From: Cyanophyceae cyanobacterium
GTDB taxonomy: Bacteria > Cyanobacteriota > Cyanobacteriia > Cyanobacteriales > JBHJGN01
Length of the DNA stretch: 64,000 nt
Assembly (NCBI GenBank): GCA_050331735.1
Contig: JBHJGN010000063.1
Coordinates: 1-64,000 of the forward strand
Direction of reading: 5' to 3'
A model generated the notes under the pieces. It was not told the DNA's origin and did not search any database. It worked only from the letters and a program-made list of their open reading frames with translations. The translations under genes and the position numbers were made by a program. Of this stretch, positions 20,454 to 29,815 are shown one piece after another (position 1 is the stretch's first letter; each line of letters starts with the position of its first letter).

Positions 20454-21626
20454 ATGAATTTTCGTCTATTTCGAGCCATTGGCTGTGCTGCTGTTTGCGG
20501 TTCCCTCAGCCTGAGCGCTGGCTGTTATCAGGTTAGGGGGTCTAGTTCAGCGCTTGCCCAGTCAGAGTCAACAGAGATTGCCCCCACGACATCGGTAGTT
20601 GCTCTGGGCCGGATTATTCCTCAAGGCGAAGTCATTCAGCTTTCTGTTGCCAACGCCGAAGATAGTCGAGTCAATCAAATTTTGGTAGCAGAAGGCGACT
20701 GGGTTGAAGCCGATGAGGTCATCGCTGTTTTGCAAGGATACGAAGGCAGGCAGAGGGATGTGGAGGAAGCGCAGAAAAACGTGGAATACTACCGCGCCAT
20801 TCTCGAAAAAACCCGTTCCGGAGATGCCAAACAGGCAGAAATCGCGGCTCAGCAAGCGAATATCGCCCGACTAGAGGCCCAGCTTCGCAACGAAAAAGCC
20901 GAGCGAGAAGCGGCGATCGCCAGTGCCCAAGCGGAACTGAGTCAGGCCCAGTTGACCTACCAGCGTCATCAAACTCTCTACCACGAGGGAGCCGTCAGTC
21001 AAGAAGCCCTCGATTTGGCTCAGGAACAGCTCCGGTTGACTCAAGCAGCCTTAAAGCAGCGCCAAGCAGAACTCAGCAACACCGTACAAACGCTACAGCA
21101 GCAGATTGCCCAGGAGCAAGAGAACCTCGCTACCCTAGAAGAAGTCCGTCCGGTGGATATTCGCGTCGCTCAAGCTGAGCTAGAGCGAGCCATGATTGCC
21201 GTCGAGCAAAGACTGGCCGACCTTGAAGATACGAAGGTTCGAGTTCCCGTTCCCGGTCGCATTCTGCGGATTAATACCCGCGTTGGCGAACAGGTCAATA
21301 CCCAGCAGGGTATTGTTGAACTGGGTCAGACGGATCAGATGTACGTTCTAGCCGAAGTGTACGAAACAGAAGTTACTAAGGTGAGGTCAGGACAGCGAGC
21401 TTTCATTAGAAGCGAGTACGGCGGGATTGAGAGCACCCTACACGGTACAGTCAAGCACATTGGTCTTCAGGTAGGCACTCCCACACTTTCAGAAGGCTCC
21501 TCTAACCCGACAACAGACGAAAATACTCGCGTTGTTGAAGTCAAAATTCGTCTCGATCCCAAAGATAGCGCTAAAGTCGCGGCACTCACCAACATGCAGG
21601 TGCGCGTCGAAATCGATGCCTCATAA
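20454..21626 (+). CDS. devB: DevB-family membrane fusion protein
   Basis: VVALGRIIPQGEVI, long coiled coil, AEVYETEV, RVVEVKIRLD...LTNMQV. Confidence 0.88.
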   Translation: MNFRLFRAIGCAAVCGSLSLSAGCYQVRGSSSALAQSESTEIAPTTSVVALGRIIPQGEVIQLSVANAEDSRVNQILVAEGDWVEADEVIAVLQGYEGRQRDVEEAQKNVEYYRAILEKTRSGDAKQAEIAAQQANIARLEAQLRNEKAEREAAIASAQAELSQAQLTYQRHQTLYHEGAVSQEALDLAQEQLRLTQAALKQRQAELSNTVQTLQQQIAQEQENLATLEEVRPVDIRVAQAELERAMIAVEQRLADLEDTKVRVPVPGRILRINTRVGEQVNTQQGIVELGQTDQMYVLAEVYETEVTKVRSGQRAFIRSEYGGIESTLHGTVKHIGLQVGTPTLSEGSSNPTTDENTRVVEVKIRLDPKDSAKVAALTNMQVRVEIDAS

Positions 21627-21658
21627 TTTCCCATTCCTCCTCAAAGAGTTGTCTTGCC

Positions 21659-22879
21659 ATGTTTCTCAAGACCCTCCTAACTTTCTGGCAGCTCAATAAA
21701 CCCCTTGGCTGGTCTCAGCTCTCTCATCAAAAAGTCCGTTTAGCGGTGGCGATGACGGGGGTTGCTTTCTCTAGTATTTTGATCTTTACTCAGCTCGGGC
21801 TGCGGGCACAGTTATTCAGCGGGATTACGTTGCTTCCGGAAAATCTGGCCGGAGATTTATACTTGCTGTCGGCCTATGCACCAATTATCGATTGGGGGTC
21901 TTTCCCCCGCATTTATCTCTACCAAGCTGATGCCGTAACGGAAGTCGCTACGGCTAGTCCTCTTTATGTCGGTGAAGCAAACTGGGTTAACCCCGAAGAC
22001 TTACAGCGAGCAGATGCCGCCGCCGAGGAGGACGCTCCTCAATTCGAGTTTTTCCCCAATCAAGTCAAGGTGTTAGCGTTTAATCCGGCCCGTCCCGTAT
22101 TTAAGCTGCCGGAAGTTAGTCAGCAGCTTGAGCGCCTCAGTGTTCCTGGTAGTGTTCTTTTCGATCGCCTCTCGCAAGACCAGCTTGGACCCATCCCCCA
22201 GTTGCTGGAGACGGGGACAGTCACGACTATCATGGACAACCGCACCACCTATGTTGTTGGTTTGTTCAGCTTAGGCAGCACCTTTTTCGATAAAGGTCAC
22301 GTGATCATGAGCGACTGGAATTACGCCCGTTGGCAGGGCCAAGAAAAGCTAGAGCAGGTCACGGTCGGAGTGCTATCGCTTGAGCCAGAAGCCGAGATAA
22401 CAGAAGTGCAGCAACGGCTCCAGGCGGAGTTACCCGACAGTGTGAAGGTGTTAACGCGCCAAGAATTACTGACCGCCGAGCAAGAGTTTCGGGCCTCTTT
22501 TCCAGAAGGAAAAATTCTCAATTTTGGGGCCGCCATTGGCTTTATTGTCGGTTTGGTGGTGGTCTATCAAGTCCTCTACATGGACATCAACGATCATCTG
22601 CCCGAGTACGCTACTCTCAAGGCGATGGGCTACTCGGACCGGGCGTTGCTCGCGGTCGTTTTGCAAGAGGCTGTAATTTTAGGACTGTTAGGATTTGTCC
22701 CTGGCTTTCTGTCTTCCTATGGAGTGTATAGCTTGCTCACCCGGCTGACTAAAATTCCGCTCGCGATGCGCTCAGATGTCACCGTTCAGGTCTTTGTCCT
22801 CATCCTCGCCATGTGCATTCTCTCAGGAGCGATCGCCATGAACAAACTGCGCTCTGCCGATCCAGCAGATGTATTTTAA
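21659..22879 (+). CDS. devC: DevC-family ABC permease
   Basis: VVYQVLY.DI.DHLPEYATLKAMGY...KLRSADPADVF. Confidence 0.92.
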   Translation: MFLKTLLTFWQLNKPLGWSQLSHQKVRLAVAMTGVAFSSILIFTQLGLRAQLFSGITLLPENLAGDLYLLSAYAPIIDWGSFPRIYLYQADAVTEVATASPLYVGEANWVNPEDLQRADAAAEEDAPQFEFFPNQVKVLAFNPARPVFKLPEVSQQLERLSVPGSVLFDRLSQDQLGPIPQLLETGTVTTIMDNRTTYVVGLFSLGSTFFDKGHVIMSDWNYARWQGQEKLEQVTVGVLSLEPEAEITEVQQRLQAELPDSVKVLTRQELLTAEQEFRASFPEGKILNFGAAIGFIVGLVVVYQVLYMDINDHLPEYATLKAMGYSDRALLAVVLQEAVILGLLGFVPGFLSSYGVYSLLTRLTKIPLAMRSDVTVQVFVLILAMCILSGAIAMNKLRSADPADVF

Positions 22880-22881
22880 CG

Positions 22882-23565
22882 ATGGAACCGATGGTTGCTG
22901 TACGCCGCCTCCACCATGCGTTCGAGCAGGGAACGTTACGGAAGCCCGTACTCACTAACGTTGCCCTCAATCTTCACCCCGGGGAAGTCGTTATTCTCGA
23001 GGGACCGTCAGGAAGCGGCAAAACTACGCTGCTCACTCTGATCGGGGCCTTGCGTTCCCTACAGCAGGGGAGCTTAAAAATTTTTGGACAAGAGCTGTAC
23101 AGAGCCACTAAACAACAGCAAATTCAGGTCCGCAAGCAAATTGGCTTTATTTTCCAGGCACATAATCTCCTCGAATGCCTCTGCGCCTGGGAAAACGTGA
23201 GTATGTCCCTCAAGCTGCACCCCATTCCTAAAAGCGAATATCGCCAGCGAGCGGTTGATCTGTTAGCTGCCGTCGGGCTGAAAAATTGGGCCGATACTTA
23301 CCCTCACCAGCTCTCTGGAGGCCAAAAACAGCGAGTGGCGATCGCTCGTGCCTTGGTCAGCTACCCCAAGCTGGTTTTAGCAGACGAACCAACGGCTTCA
23401 CTCGACCGGCAATCGGGACGAGATGTGGTCGAAATTATGCGGCGTTTAGCTAAAGAGGAGGGCTGTACAGTATTACTTGTCACTCACGATCATCGCATTC
23501 TCGACGTTGCTGACCGCATCCTGCATATGGAAGATGGTCGCATCACCAAAAATATTGGCTTATAA
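22882..23565 (+). CDS. devA: DevA-family ABC ATPase
   Basis: GPSGSGKT, LSGGQKQR, LADEPT; ATG 2 nt after the devC stop. Confidence 0.92.
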   Translation: MEPMVAVRRLHHAFEQGTLRKPVLTNVALNLHPGEVVILEGPSGSGKTTLLTLIGALRSLQQGSLKIFGQELYRATKQQQIQVRKQIGFIFQAHNLLECLCAWENVSMSLKLHPIPKSEYRQRAVDLLAAVGLKNWADTYPHQLSGGQKQRVAIARALVSYPKLVLADEPTASLDRQSGRDVVEIMRRLAKEEGCTVLLVTHDHRILDVADRILHMEDGRITKNIGL

Positions 23566-23914
23566 ATTCAACGTCGGATCGGCAACCTTCTTTTACTCAC
23601 ATACCTTGCTTCAGTATTTTCCAAAATTCTACTTAAATGTGCTTTCACTAAGTTTTGGACAAGTTACTCTGAGCCAATCTAGAAATTTAAAACCATTTTT
23701 CTTGGAGAATTAGCATATTTAAGAAATAGCTAACGCAGACTTGCTTTTTAGCGTTCTGATAAAAATATGCCTATTTTCAATTTCCTTTTTTCTATTTTGC
23801 CTACACTCTATTAGCCTCGTAACGCCGTAAAATGTCCGGGAGTTGCCAAAGTAGTTACAAAATTTGTGACTTGTTGTAAAGTAACAAAAAAAGCGTTTGG
23901 TGAGGCAATGAAAG

Positions 23915-24535
23915 ATGGTAGAGATGACTAGAGAAGAAATGCGGGACAGACTCGGTAATATCGAGCAAATTCGCACTCTATTGTTTGGTCGGCAGATTGA
24001 AGATTACGAACAGCGCTTCAGTCATTTTCAGCAGCACCTAGAAAAATTGGCAGGGACGCTCTCCGGCTTTGAGCAGGAAATGCGCGATCGCCTCGGCGAA
24101 CTCCAAGAGTCACTGCGTTCGGAAACTCGCTCTACGGCAGACTCTTTAGAAAAAAAGCTTAAGTATCTCAGTCTGACGACTCATGAAGAAACCAGTAAGC
24201 TACAGCAAGAGATCGGACTAGTTGACCAAAAGCACACCTCTGAAATCGAGTCGTTACAGAGAATAGTCACCGACCGAGCCAGTGCTTTGAGCAGCGAACT
24301 GCTGCAAACGCGGGAAAAACTAGAAGAGGATACTGAGGCGTTAAAAAAGCAGGTGTTTGCCGAGATAGAACAGCGCTTTGCGGATTTAGAAAACGCTAAG
24401 GTTGCTCGTGCTGATTTAGCCGAAGTGCTGTTTGAAATTTGCTTGAAAATCAAAGGAGCTGATTTTGTTCCTGATCTTAAAGAAGCCGCCGAAAACATGC
24501 AAACCGACTTTATTTTGCCCGAACAACAAGAATAA
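23915..24535 (+). CDS. All-helical coiled-coil/apolipoprotein-like hypothetical protein
   Basis: LGNIEQIRTLLFG N-terminal motif, charged helical body, no TM. Confidence 0.8.
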   Translation: MVEMTREEMRDRLGNIEQIRTLLFGRQIEDYEQRFSHFQQHLEKLAGTLSGFEQEMRDRLGELQESLRSETRSTADSLEKKLKYLSLTTHEETSKLQQEIGLVDQKHTSEIESLQRIVTDRASALSSELLQTREKLEEDTEALKKQVFAEIEQRFADLENAKVARADLAEVLFEICLKIKGADFVPDLKEAAENMQTDFILPEQQE

Positions 24536-24723
24536 GCAGTCCTGAGATGTCATTCTTTAAGAGGCTCAACCTGAAAATATTGCTGCAATTTTTAAATTAG
24601 TGATTAGCGCTGACATGATTTCTGTCAAGCTGAGCAGTCAGGCACTAAGGACAAGTAAAACCGTGGTGGTTAAACTGGGATGTCACCGAAAAGTATGTTT
24701 TTATGGGGTCAAAAGGTTAGCCC

Positions 24724-26928
24724 ATGAAGTCAGAACCAGAAAAGGATCAGAAGCGATCGCCTCAGTCCCAAGCAGAATCGGCTATTAATAACTTGGTTAA
24801 TTTGTTAGCTGAGCTACAATCATCACCAAATCATCCGCTTGCTTCTCCACCGCCGCAAGCAGAAGAGTCTCTCAGGAGTCTACAGCAACTTTTAGGTCTA
24901 GAAGAACAAGAACCTCAGCAACGCTTTCCATCTCAAGAGGCTGCCCCCCGAGCTAATTCCCCTCAGAAGCCCGCTCAGGAGAAAGTTGCTAGCCCTAGTC
25001 AACAGCCATTGCAGAAGAAAGGACACGCGACTTCCTCTCCCCATCTGCTGGCCCCTCATCCTTCAGAAAAACTCGTCGCTCTTGAAGCAAGACTTACTGA
25101 GTTAGAAAAACAGGTTCGTCAACCAACAGAGCTGCTCGATCCGCTCATTCCCCTCATCGTGACGCTCCTTCAGGAGAAAGAAGAGAAAACTCGCCAAGAA
25201 ATTTTGCGAGCTGTTGTGCCAGCCATTGATGAAGTGATTCGGCAGCGATATCAAGAGGAACCCCAAAAGCTTAGCGTCGCCATCGCTGCCACTCTCCCCC
25301 GAGCGATCGCTCATCAGATCGAGCAGCAGCCAGAAGAAATTGCCAACGCGATCGCTCCTGAAGTGGCGCTGTCGATTCGGGAACAGATTCGGCTCAACCC
25401 GGATGCAGTTTCTCAAGCCCTGGGGCCAGAAATGGGACGGGCGATTAAAGTGCAGATTGAACAAGAACGCGATGCGATGGTCGATGCGCTTTACCCTGTC
25501 ATCGGCAGCACCATCTCTAAATACATGGCGGATGTCGTGCAATCTATCAACCAACAGGTCGAATCGGCTCTTAGTATTCAGGGAATTAAACGAAAAATCC
25601 GCGCTAAGATTCAGGGGGTTTCCGAAGCCGAACTCATTCTGCAAGAATCGATTCAGTCTGAAGTGAAAGCGGCCTTTCTAATTCACAAAGCTTCAGGGTT
25701 CATCATTAGTCAGGCTTATCCTTCCTCTGACTCCCAACTATCAGCGGATATCATTGCTGGGATGCTCACGGCCATTCGCAACTTTGTCAATGACTGTCTG
25801 GCGCGAACGGGCACCATCTCAGAGCTGAGCGAAATCGAGTATGGCGACTCTAAACTAGTCTTAGAAGTCGCCGGATATTGCTATCTCGCTGTCTTAGTTA
25901 GAGGTAATCTATCAAAACGACTGGCGAATCGGCTCCAGGAAACTCTCAGCACCATTGTGCTTAAGTGCGATCGCGCTATTCAAAGCTACGACGGTAACCC
26001 CGATACAGCACCGGAGCTAGCTCACTCCCTGCTCCAGCAGCTCGTCGAACCGGAGGAAGAAAAATCCCAGCCTCCGATTACCCTGATCGTCCTGCTCTTA
26101 GCTGTACTCAGCATCGTTCTGATTCCGGTTGGGATCGTTCAGTATCGCAGCCACGTTGCAAACCGCACCGAACGCCAGGTTGCCGCTGCTCTGGATGCGT
26201 CACCGGAGCTATCTGTGTATCGCCTCACTCCTGAAGTGAGCCAAGGCCAGCTTATCCTGACTGGGCGAGTGCCCAGTCAAACACTTCAGGTTCAGGCTGA
26301 ACAGGTCGCGCAGGCGATCGCTCCTGATTTAAAGCTAGACAACCGCATTATCCCCGTTGATGTTCCTCCCGATCCGGTAGCCGTCGCCGCAGAGGTTGAG
26401 CGCACCACCCAACTGCTCAATCAGCGAGAGGGAACCGCTATTGCTAGCCGTTACCAAGACGGCGTGGTGACCGTCGAGGGCAGCGTTGCCGAGGCAGCAG
26501 AGGCAGCCAGAATCACCCAAGCCTTTGAGGCCATTCCCGGCGTTCGCTCCGTAATTACAACCGTACAGACTGATTTGCCAGCGATTCAAACTAGAATTTA
26601 CTTCGACTCCAATTCAGCTCAGCTCAGCGCCTCGGCTCTCGATAAACTAGCGTCCGTGCAACAATTTCTTCAACAGCATCCAAACATTCATCTGAAAGTG
26701 ATTGGCCACGCCGATGCTCAAGGACAGGCAGCGAGCAATCGGGGAATTGCCAGCGATCGCGCTCGGGCTGTACAGCAATCGTTAGTAGAGCGAGGAGTGG
26801 CTACGGGTCGCCTACATTCTGAGGTTAGTACAGCATTCCCCCCAGGTGTTACCAGCAGTCAGCCTCTATGGATGAGCCGCTGCGTACGCTTTGAGACGTT
26901 TTTGCCGGGACAAGCTTCCTCAAGCTAG
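24724..26928 (+). CDS. Membrane protein: helical repeats, roadblock-like domain, TM, 2 BON-like domains, OmpA_C
   Basis: TM ITLIVLLLAVLSIVLIPVGIV; LILTGRVP and VVTVEGSV (BON); IYFDSNSA...VIGHADAQG...NRGIASDRARAV (OmpA_C). Confidence 0.85.
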   Translation: MKSEPEKDQKRSPQSQAESAINNLVNLLAELQSSPNHPLASPPPQAEESLRSLQQLLGLEEQEPQQRFPSQEAAPRANSPQKPAQEKVASPSQQPLQKKGHATSSPHLLAPHPSEKLVALEARLTELEKQVRQPTELLDPLIPLIVTLLQEKEEKTRQEILRAVVPAIDEVIRQRYQEEPQKLSVAIAATLPRAIAHQIEQQPEEIANAIAPEVALSIREQIRLNPDAVSQALGPEMGRAIKVQIEQERDAMVDALYPVIGSTISKYMADVVQSINQQVESALSIQGIKRKIRAKIQGVSEAELILQESIQSEVKAAFLIHKASGFIISQAYPSSDSQLSADIIAGMLTAIRNFVNDCLARTGTISELSEIEYGDSKLVLEVAGYCYLAVLVRGNLSKRLANRLQETLSTIVLKCDRAIQSYDGNPDTAPELAHSLLQQLVEPEEEKSQPPITLIVLLLAVLSIVLIPVGIVQYRSHVANRTERQVAAALDASPELSVYRLTPEVSQGQLILTGRVPSQTLQVQAEQVAQAIAPDLKLDNRIIPVDVPPDPVAVAAEVERTTQLLNQREGTAIASRYQDGVVTVEGSVAEAAEAARITQAFEAIPGVRSVITTVQTDLPAIQTRIYFDSNSAQLSASALDKLASVQQFLQQHPNIHLKVIGHADAQGQAASNRGIASDRARAVQQSLVERGVATGRLHSEVSTAFPPGVTSSQPLWMSRCVRFETFLPGQASSS

Positions 26929-27698
26929 GAATACTGGTAGCTTAGCACTCGAATCAACGGGCCATCGGCAGGCAGCTCTCCTTGAGTAAGCGTGAGGGTA
27001 TCACCTCCCAATCTTTCCACCGGGATATTTTCTGTCGCGGCTAAAAACTCCTCCACCGGAGCCAAATCGCACGTCTCTTTGTTGGCCGCTTCGGTGAGAT
27101 ACTGGGTGGGAATGACAAGTTTCGGCTGGAGAACCTCCATAGCTTGCTGCGCCTCTTGGGGATTGTAATTTTTAGGGCCTCCCCCAACCGGAATCAACGC
27201 CAAATCGGGACTGCCCATGAGGATTTTCTGCTCCAGCTCTATCGGGGCAGCCGCACCCCCAAGATGAAGGATGTTGATTCCTCCCTGAGTCCAAAGCCAG
27301 ACTACGTTAGTCCCGAAGCGTCGTCCGCCTTCGCGGTCGTGGGGAGTGGCAATACCCTGAAGCCTAATCCCCCCAAGAGAGAAAATTCCCGGCTCGTATA
27401 GCACTCTCGGGTTGCCTGGCAGTCCTTCTGCGGCTCCTTCGTCTAGTAGCCAACTGCTCACCAGGACTACATCGGCCTCGACCCGAGGCGGACGATACCC
27501 AGCAGTACAGCCTAGGGTCTGAAACGGGTTCACCAAAATGCGCAAGCCGTTTCCGGTAAATAGAAAGCTAGAGTGACCGAGCCACTGAACCGTGACCGCC
27601 CCTGGGGTTTGAGCGGAGGTATCGGAACTCATCCCAGCGGTGCCTAGGGCACTGAGAACGCTTGCCCCCGCATACTGCATTAACTTTCGACGTTTCAT
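26925..27698 (-). CDS. MBL-fold protein with Tat-like signal
   Basis: MKRRKLMQY; WLGHSSF; PHDREGG; ILHLG; IPVGG. Confidence 0.85.
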   Translation of the reverse strand: MKRRKLMQYAGASVLSALGTAGMSSDTSAQTPGAVTVQWLGHSSFLFTGNGLRILVNPFQTLGCTAGYRPPRVEADVVLVSSWLLDEGAAEGLPGNPRVLYEPGIFSLGGIRLQGIATPHDREGGRRFGTNVVWLWTQGGINILHLGGAAAPIELEQKILMGSPDLALIPVGGGPKNYNPQEAQQAMEVLQPKLVIPTQYLTEAANKETCDLAPVEEFLAATENIPVERLGGDTLTLTQGELPADGPLIRVLSYQYS

Positions 27699-27707
27699 TA
27701 TGCTCCT

Positions 27708-28313
27708 CTACGCCACTGCTGACTGTTTTAAAGACTTCAGGAAATTACGCAATAGCTGTTTTCCCAACGTTGTTAAAATACTTTCTGGATGAAACTGAAC
27801 GCCCTGAACATGGGGATAGTCTCGATGACGAACGCCCATAATCGTGCCATCTTCTACCCACGCCGTAATCTCTAGCACTTTGGGGAGGCTAGAGCGCTCA
27901 ATGGCTAGACTATGATAGCGCGTCGCCTGGAACGGTCTGTCTAACCCGGCAAAAACGCCTTTATGTTCGTGGTAAATTTCCGACGTCTTTCCATGCATCA
28001 ACTCAGGAGACTGAACGACCTTGCCTCCATATACTTGACCAATTCCCTGATGCCCAAGGCAAACTCCCAGGATGGGCAGGGCAGGTCCGAGCGTTTCAAT
28101 CACTTCCAGAGACACCCCGGCATCCTCGGGGCGACCGGGACCAGGAGAAATTACAATGCCGTCCGGCTGAAGCTGGCGAATGGTTTCCGTCTCTATTTGG
28201 TCGTTCCGATAGACGCGAATTTCTGCTGCTTCTGGAAACTCCTCTCCCAGTTCTCCTAAGTACTGAACGAGATTATAGGTAAAGCTGTCGTAGTTATCTA
28301 TAACAATAATCAT
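27708..28313 (-). CDS. trpG: Anthranilate/aminodeoxychorismate synthase component II
   Basis: IDNYDSFTYNL, SPGPG, GVCLGHQ, QFHPES. Confidence 0.92.
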   Translation of the reverse strand: MIIVIDNYDSFTYNLVQYLGELGEEFPEAAEIRVYRNDQIETETIRQLQPDGIVISPGPGRPEDAGVSLEVIETLGPALPILGVCLGHQGIGQVYGGKVVQSPELMHGKTSEIYHEHKGVFAGLDRPFQATRYHSLAIERSSLPKVLEITAWVEDGTIMGVRHRDYPHVQGVQFHPESILTTLGKQLLRNFLKSLKQSAVA

Positions 28314-28391
28314 GTATCTCCCAGTAGCGCTATACCGCTAGAGAACCTAGATTTAGTATAGATAATGACGGGATAGTTAATTACGGAACAC

Positions 28392-28886
28392 TTACATCAT
28401 CGTAACCAGAGCCCAAAGCGGCGGCAATAGAATACAGCTTGCTACCAACACTGCTGCCACTGCCGCCACCAGCACAGCCCCCGCTGCACAGTCCTTGGCA
28501 ATCTTGGCAAGCTCATGATAAGTCTGCTTGACGGTGAGATCGACGACTGACTCGATGGCAGTATTCAATAGCTCCAGAACCATCACCAGAGCGCAGGTGA
28601 TGATGATGGCTGTCATCTCTACAGAGGATATTTTGAGGAAAAAGCCAAGGCTGACCGCGAGAACAGCTACCCCGGTATGAACCCGAAAGTTTCGCTGGGT
28701 TGCAAAAGCATAGCGTACGCCAGCCCACGCAAATCGAAAACTGAGCAGAAGGTTCGGAGCAACCTGCCAAGCACAGGAGCGTTTTGACTTGCTTGGCTTT
28801 TCGCCGCCGTAAGTAAGGAGGGGAATAACGGGAGAAGAAGCTTTAGCCTTCATAGAGCCAGTCATAATTGGATTCGACACGATCAT
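28392..28886 (-). CDS. dgkA: Diacylglycerol/undecaprenol kinase
   Basis: ELLNTAIESVVD...AKIAKDCAAGAV. Confidence 0.9.
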   Translation of the reverse strand: MIVSNPIMTGSMKAKASSPVIPLLTYGGEKPSKSKRSCAWQVAPNLLLSFRFAWAGVRYAFATQRNFRVHTGVAVLAVSLGFFLKISSVEMTAIIITCALVMVLELLNTAIESVVDLTVKQTYHELAKIAKDCAAGAVLVAAVAAVLVASCILLPPLWALVTMM

Positions 28887-28947
28887 CGCTAGCTAAGTTT
28901 AAATAATAATTAAGAATCTGTCGAATTTTATGTTCTTCTAAAAAGAA

Positions 28948-29457
28948 TTACACACATAGACTCACCTGCTGCAATAAAGTTTCCTGCTGAGAGAGCATTG
29001 CCGCTAAGCTATTCTCATCCGGGTGATCCCAACCCAAAAGATGTAACAGGCCATGAGCTGTTAGCCAGGCCAGCTCTACTTGGAGAGCATGTTCCTGCTG
29101 CTGTGCCTGTTGCCATGCCGTCTCTACAGAAATGACGATATCTCCTAGATACAGGGGTTCAGCCGCTTGCTGAGGGAAAATTTGAGGAACGTCTACCTCT
29201 AAAGCCGCAAACGCGAGCACGTCAGTTGGAACATCTTGACCGCGATACTGAGCGTTAAGACTTTGCATGTCTCTATCGTCAGTAAGGCAGAGACTCAGCT
29301 CATAAGCCTCTGCTGAGGGAAGGTCTCGCTGCAACGTAGCCAGCCAGATGCGAATCCAAGTCTTCCAGTGAGAGGGCGCGATCTTCGCCTGAGGGCAAGC
29401 AGGCGGCCACTGCTCCTGAACATTGACCGTCACGACGGGGGCTGTGGGAGATGGCAT
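28948..29457 (-). CDS. ybeY: rRNA maturation RNase YbeY
   Basis: PTDVLAF, LGDIVIS, HGLLHLLGWDH. Confidence 0.95.
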   Translation of the reverse strand: MPSPTAPVVTVNVQEQWPPACPQAKIAPSHWKTWIRIWLATLQRDLPSAEAYELSLCLTDDRDMQSLNAQYRGQDVPTDVLAFAALEVDVPQIFPQQAAEPLYLGDIVISVETAWQQAQQQEHALQVELAWLTAHGLLHLLGWDHPDENSLAAMLSQQETLLQQVSLCV

Positions 29458-29461
29458 GACT

Positions 29462-29641
29462 TTAGCGAGTCAGGTAAGAAATACCGATAAAAAAGGTCAG
29501 CAGACCGATAACGCTGAGGAAAAAGTGTTTGAGCGATGTACCGCGTTTCCGCACCATATTGCGCATCGCTAATTTGACATAGCTTGGCTGCGGTTCAGCA
29601 GTGTTCTCAGTTTCGGCTTGAGGAGAGGAGGGATTGCTCAT
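29462..29641 (-). CDS. DUF3285-family small membrane protein (not in the ORF track)
   Basis: MSNPSS...PSYVKLAMRNMVRKRGTSLKHFFLSVIGLLTFFIGISYLTR* (59 aa). Confidence 0.85.
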   Translation of the reverse strand: MSNPSSPQAETENTAEPQPSYVKLAMRNMVRKRGTSLKHFFLSVIGLLTFFIGISYLTR

Positions 29642-29815
29642 AACTAAATGCCTAATTAAGTGGTCTTTCCTTTCAATGTAACAATTTGTTGATAGTGCAT
29701 TGTTGATGGCAATGAACTATCAAAGGTGAACTTTCTCAGCTTTCCTGACTCTGCGCGATCACGTTAATCAGTGTTAGCGTAGGAAAAATGGCGCTTATTT
29801 TTTGATCCTGGTTCG

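Noticed and set aside
23915..26928. Zorya-like defence system
   Set aside because: There is no MotA/ZorA-like multi-TM partner and no ZorC/D/E effector genes.
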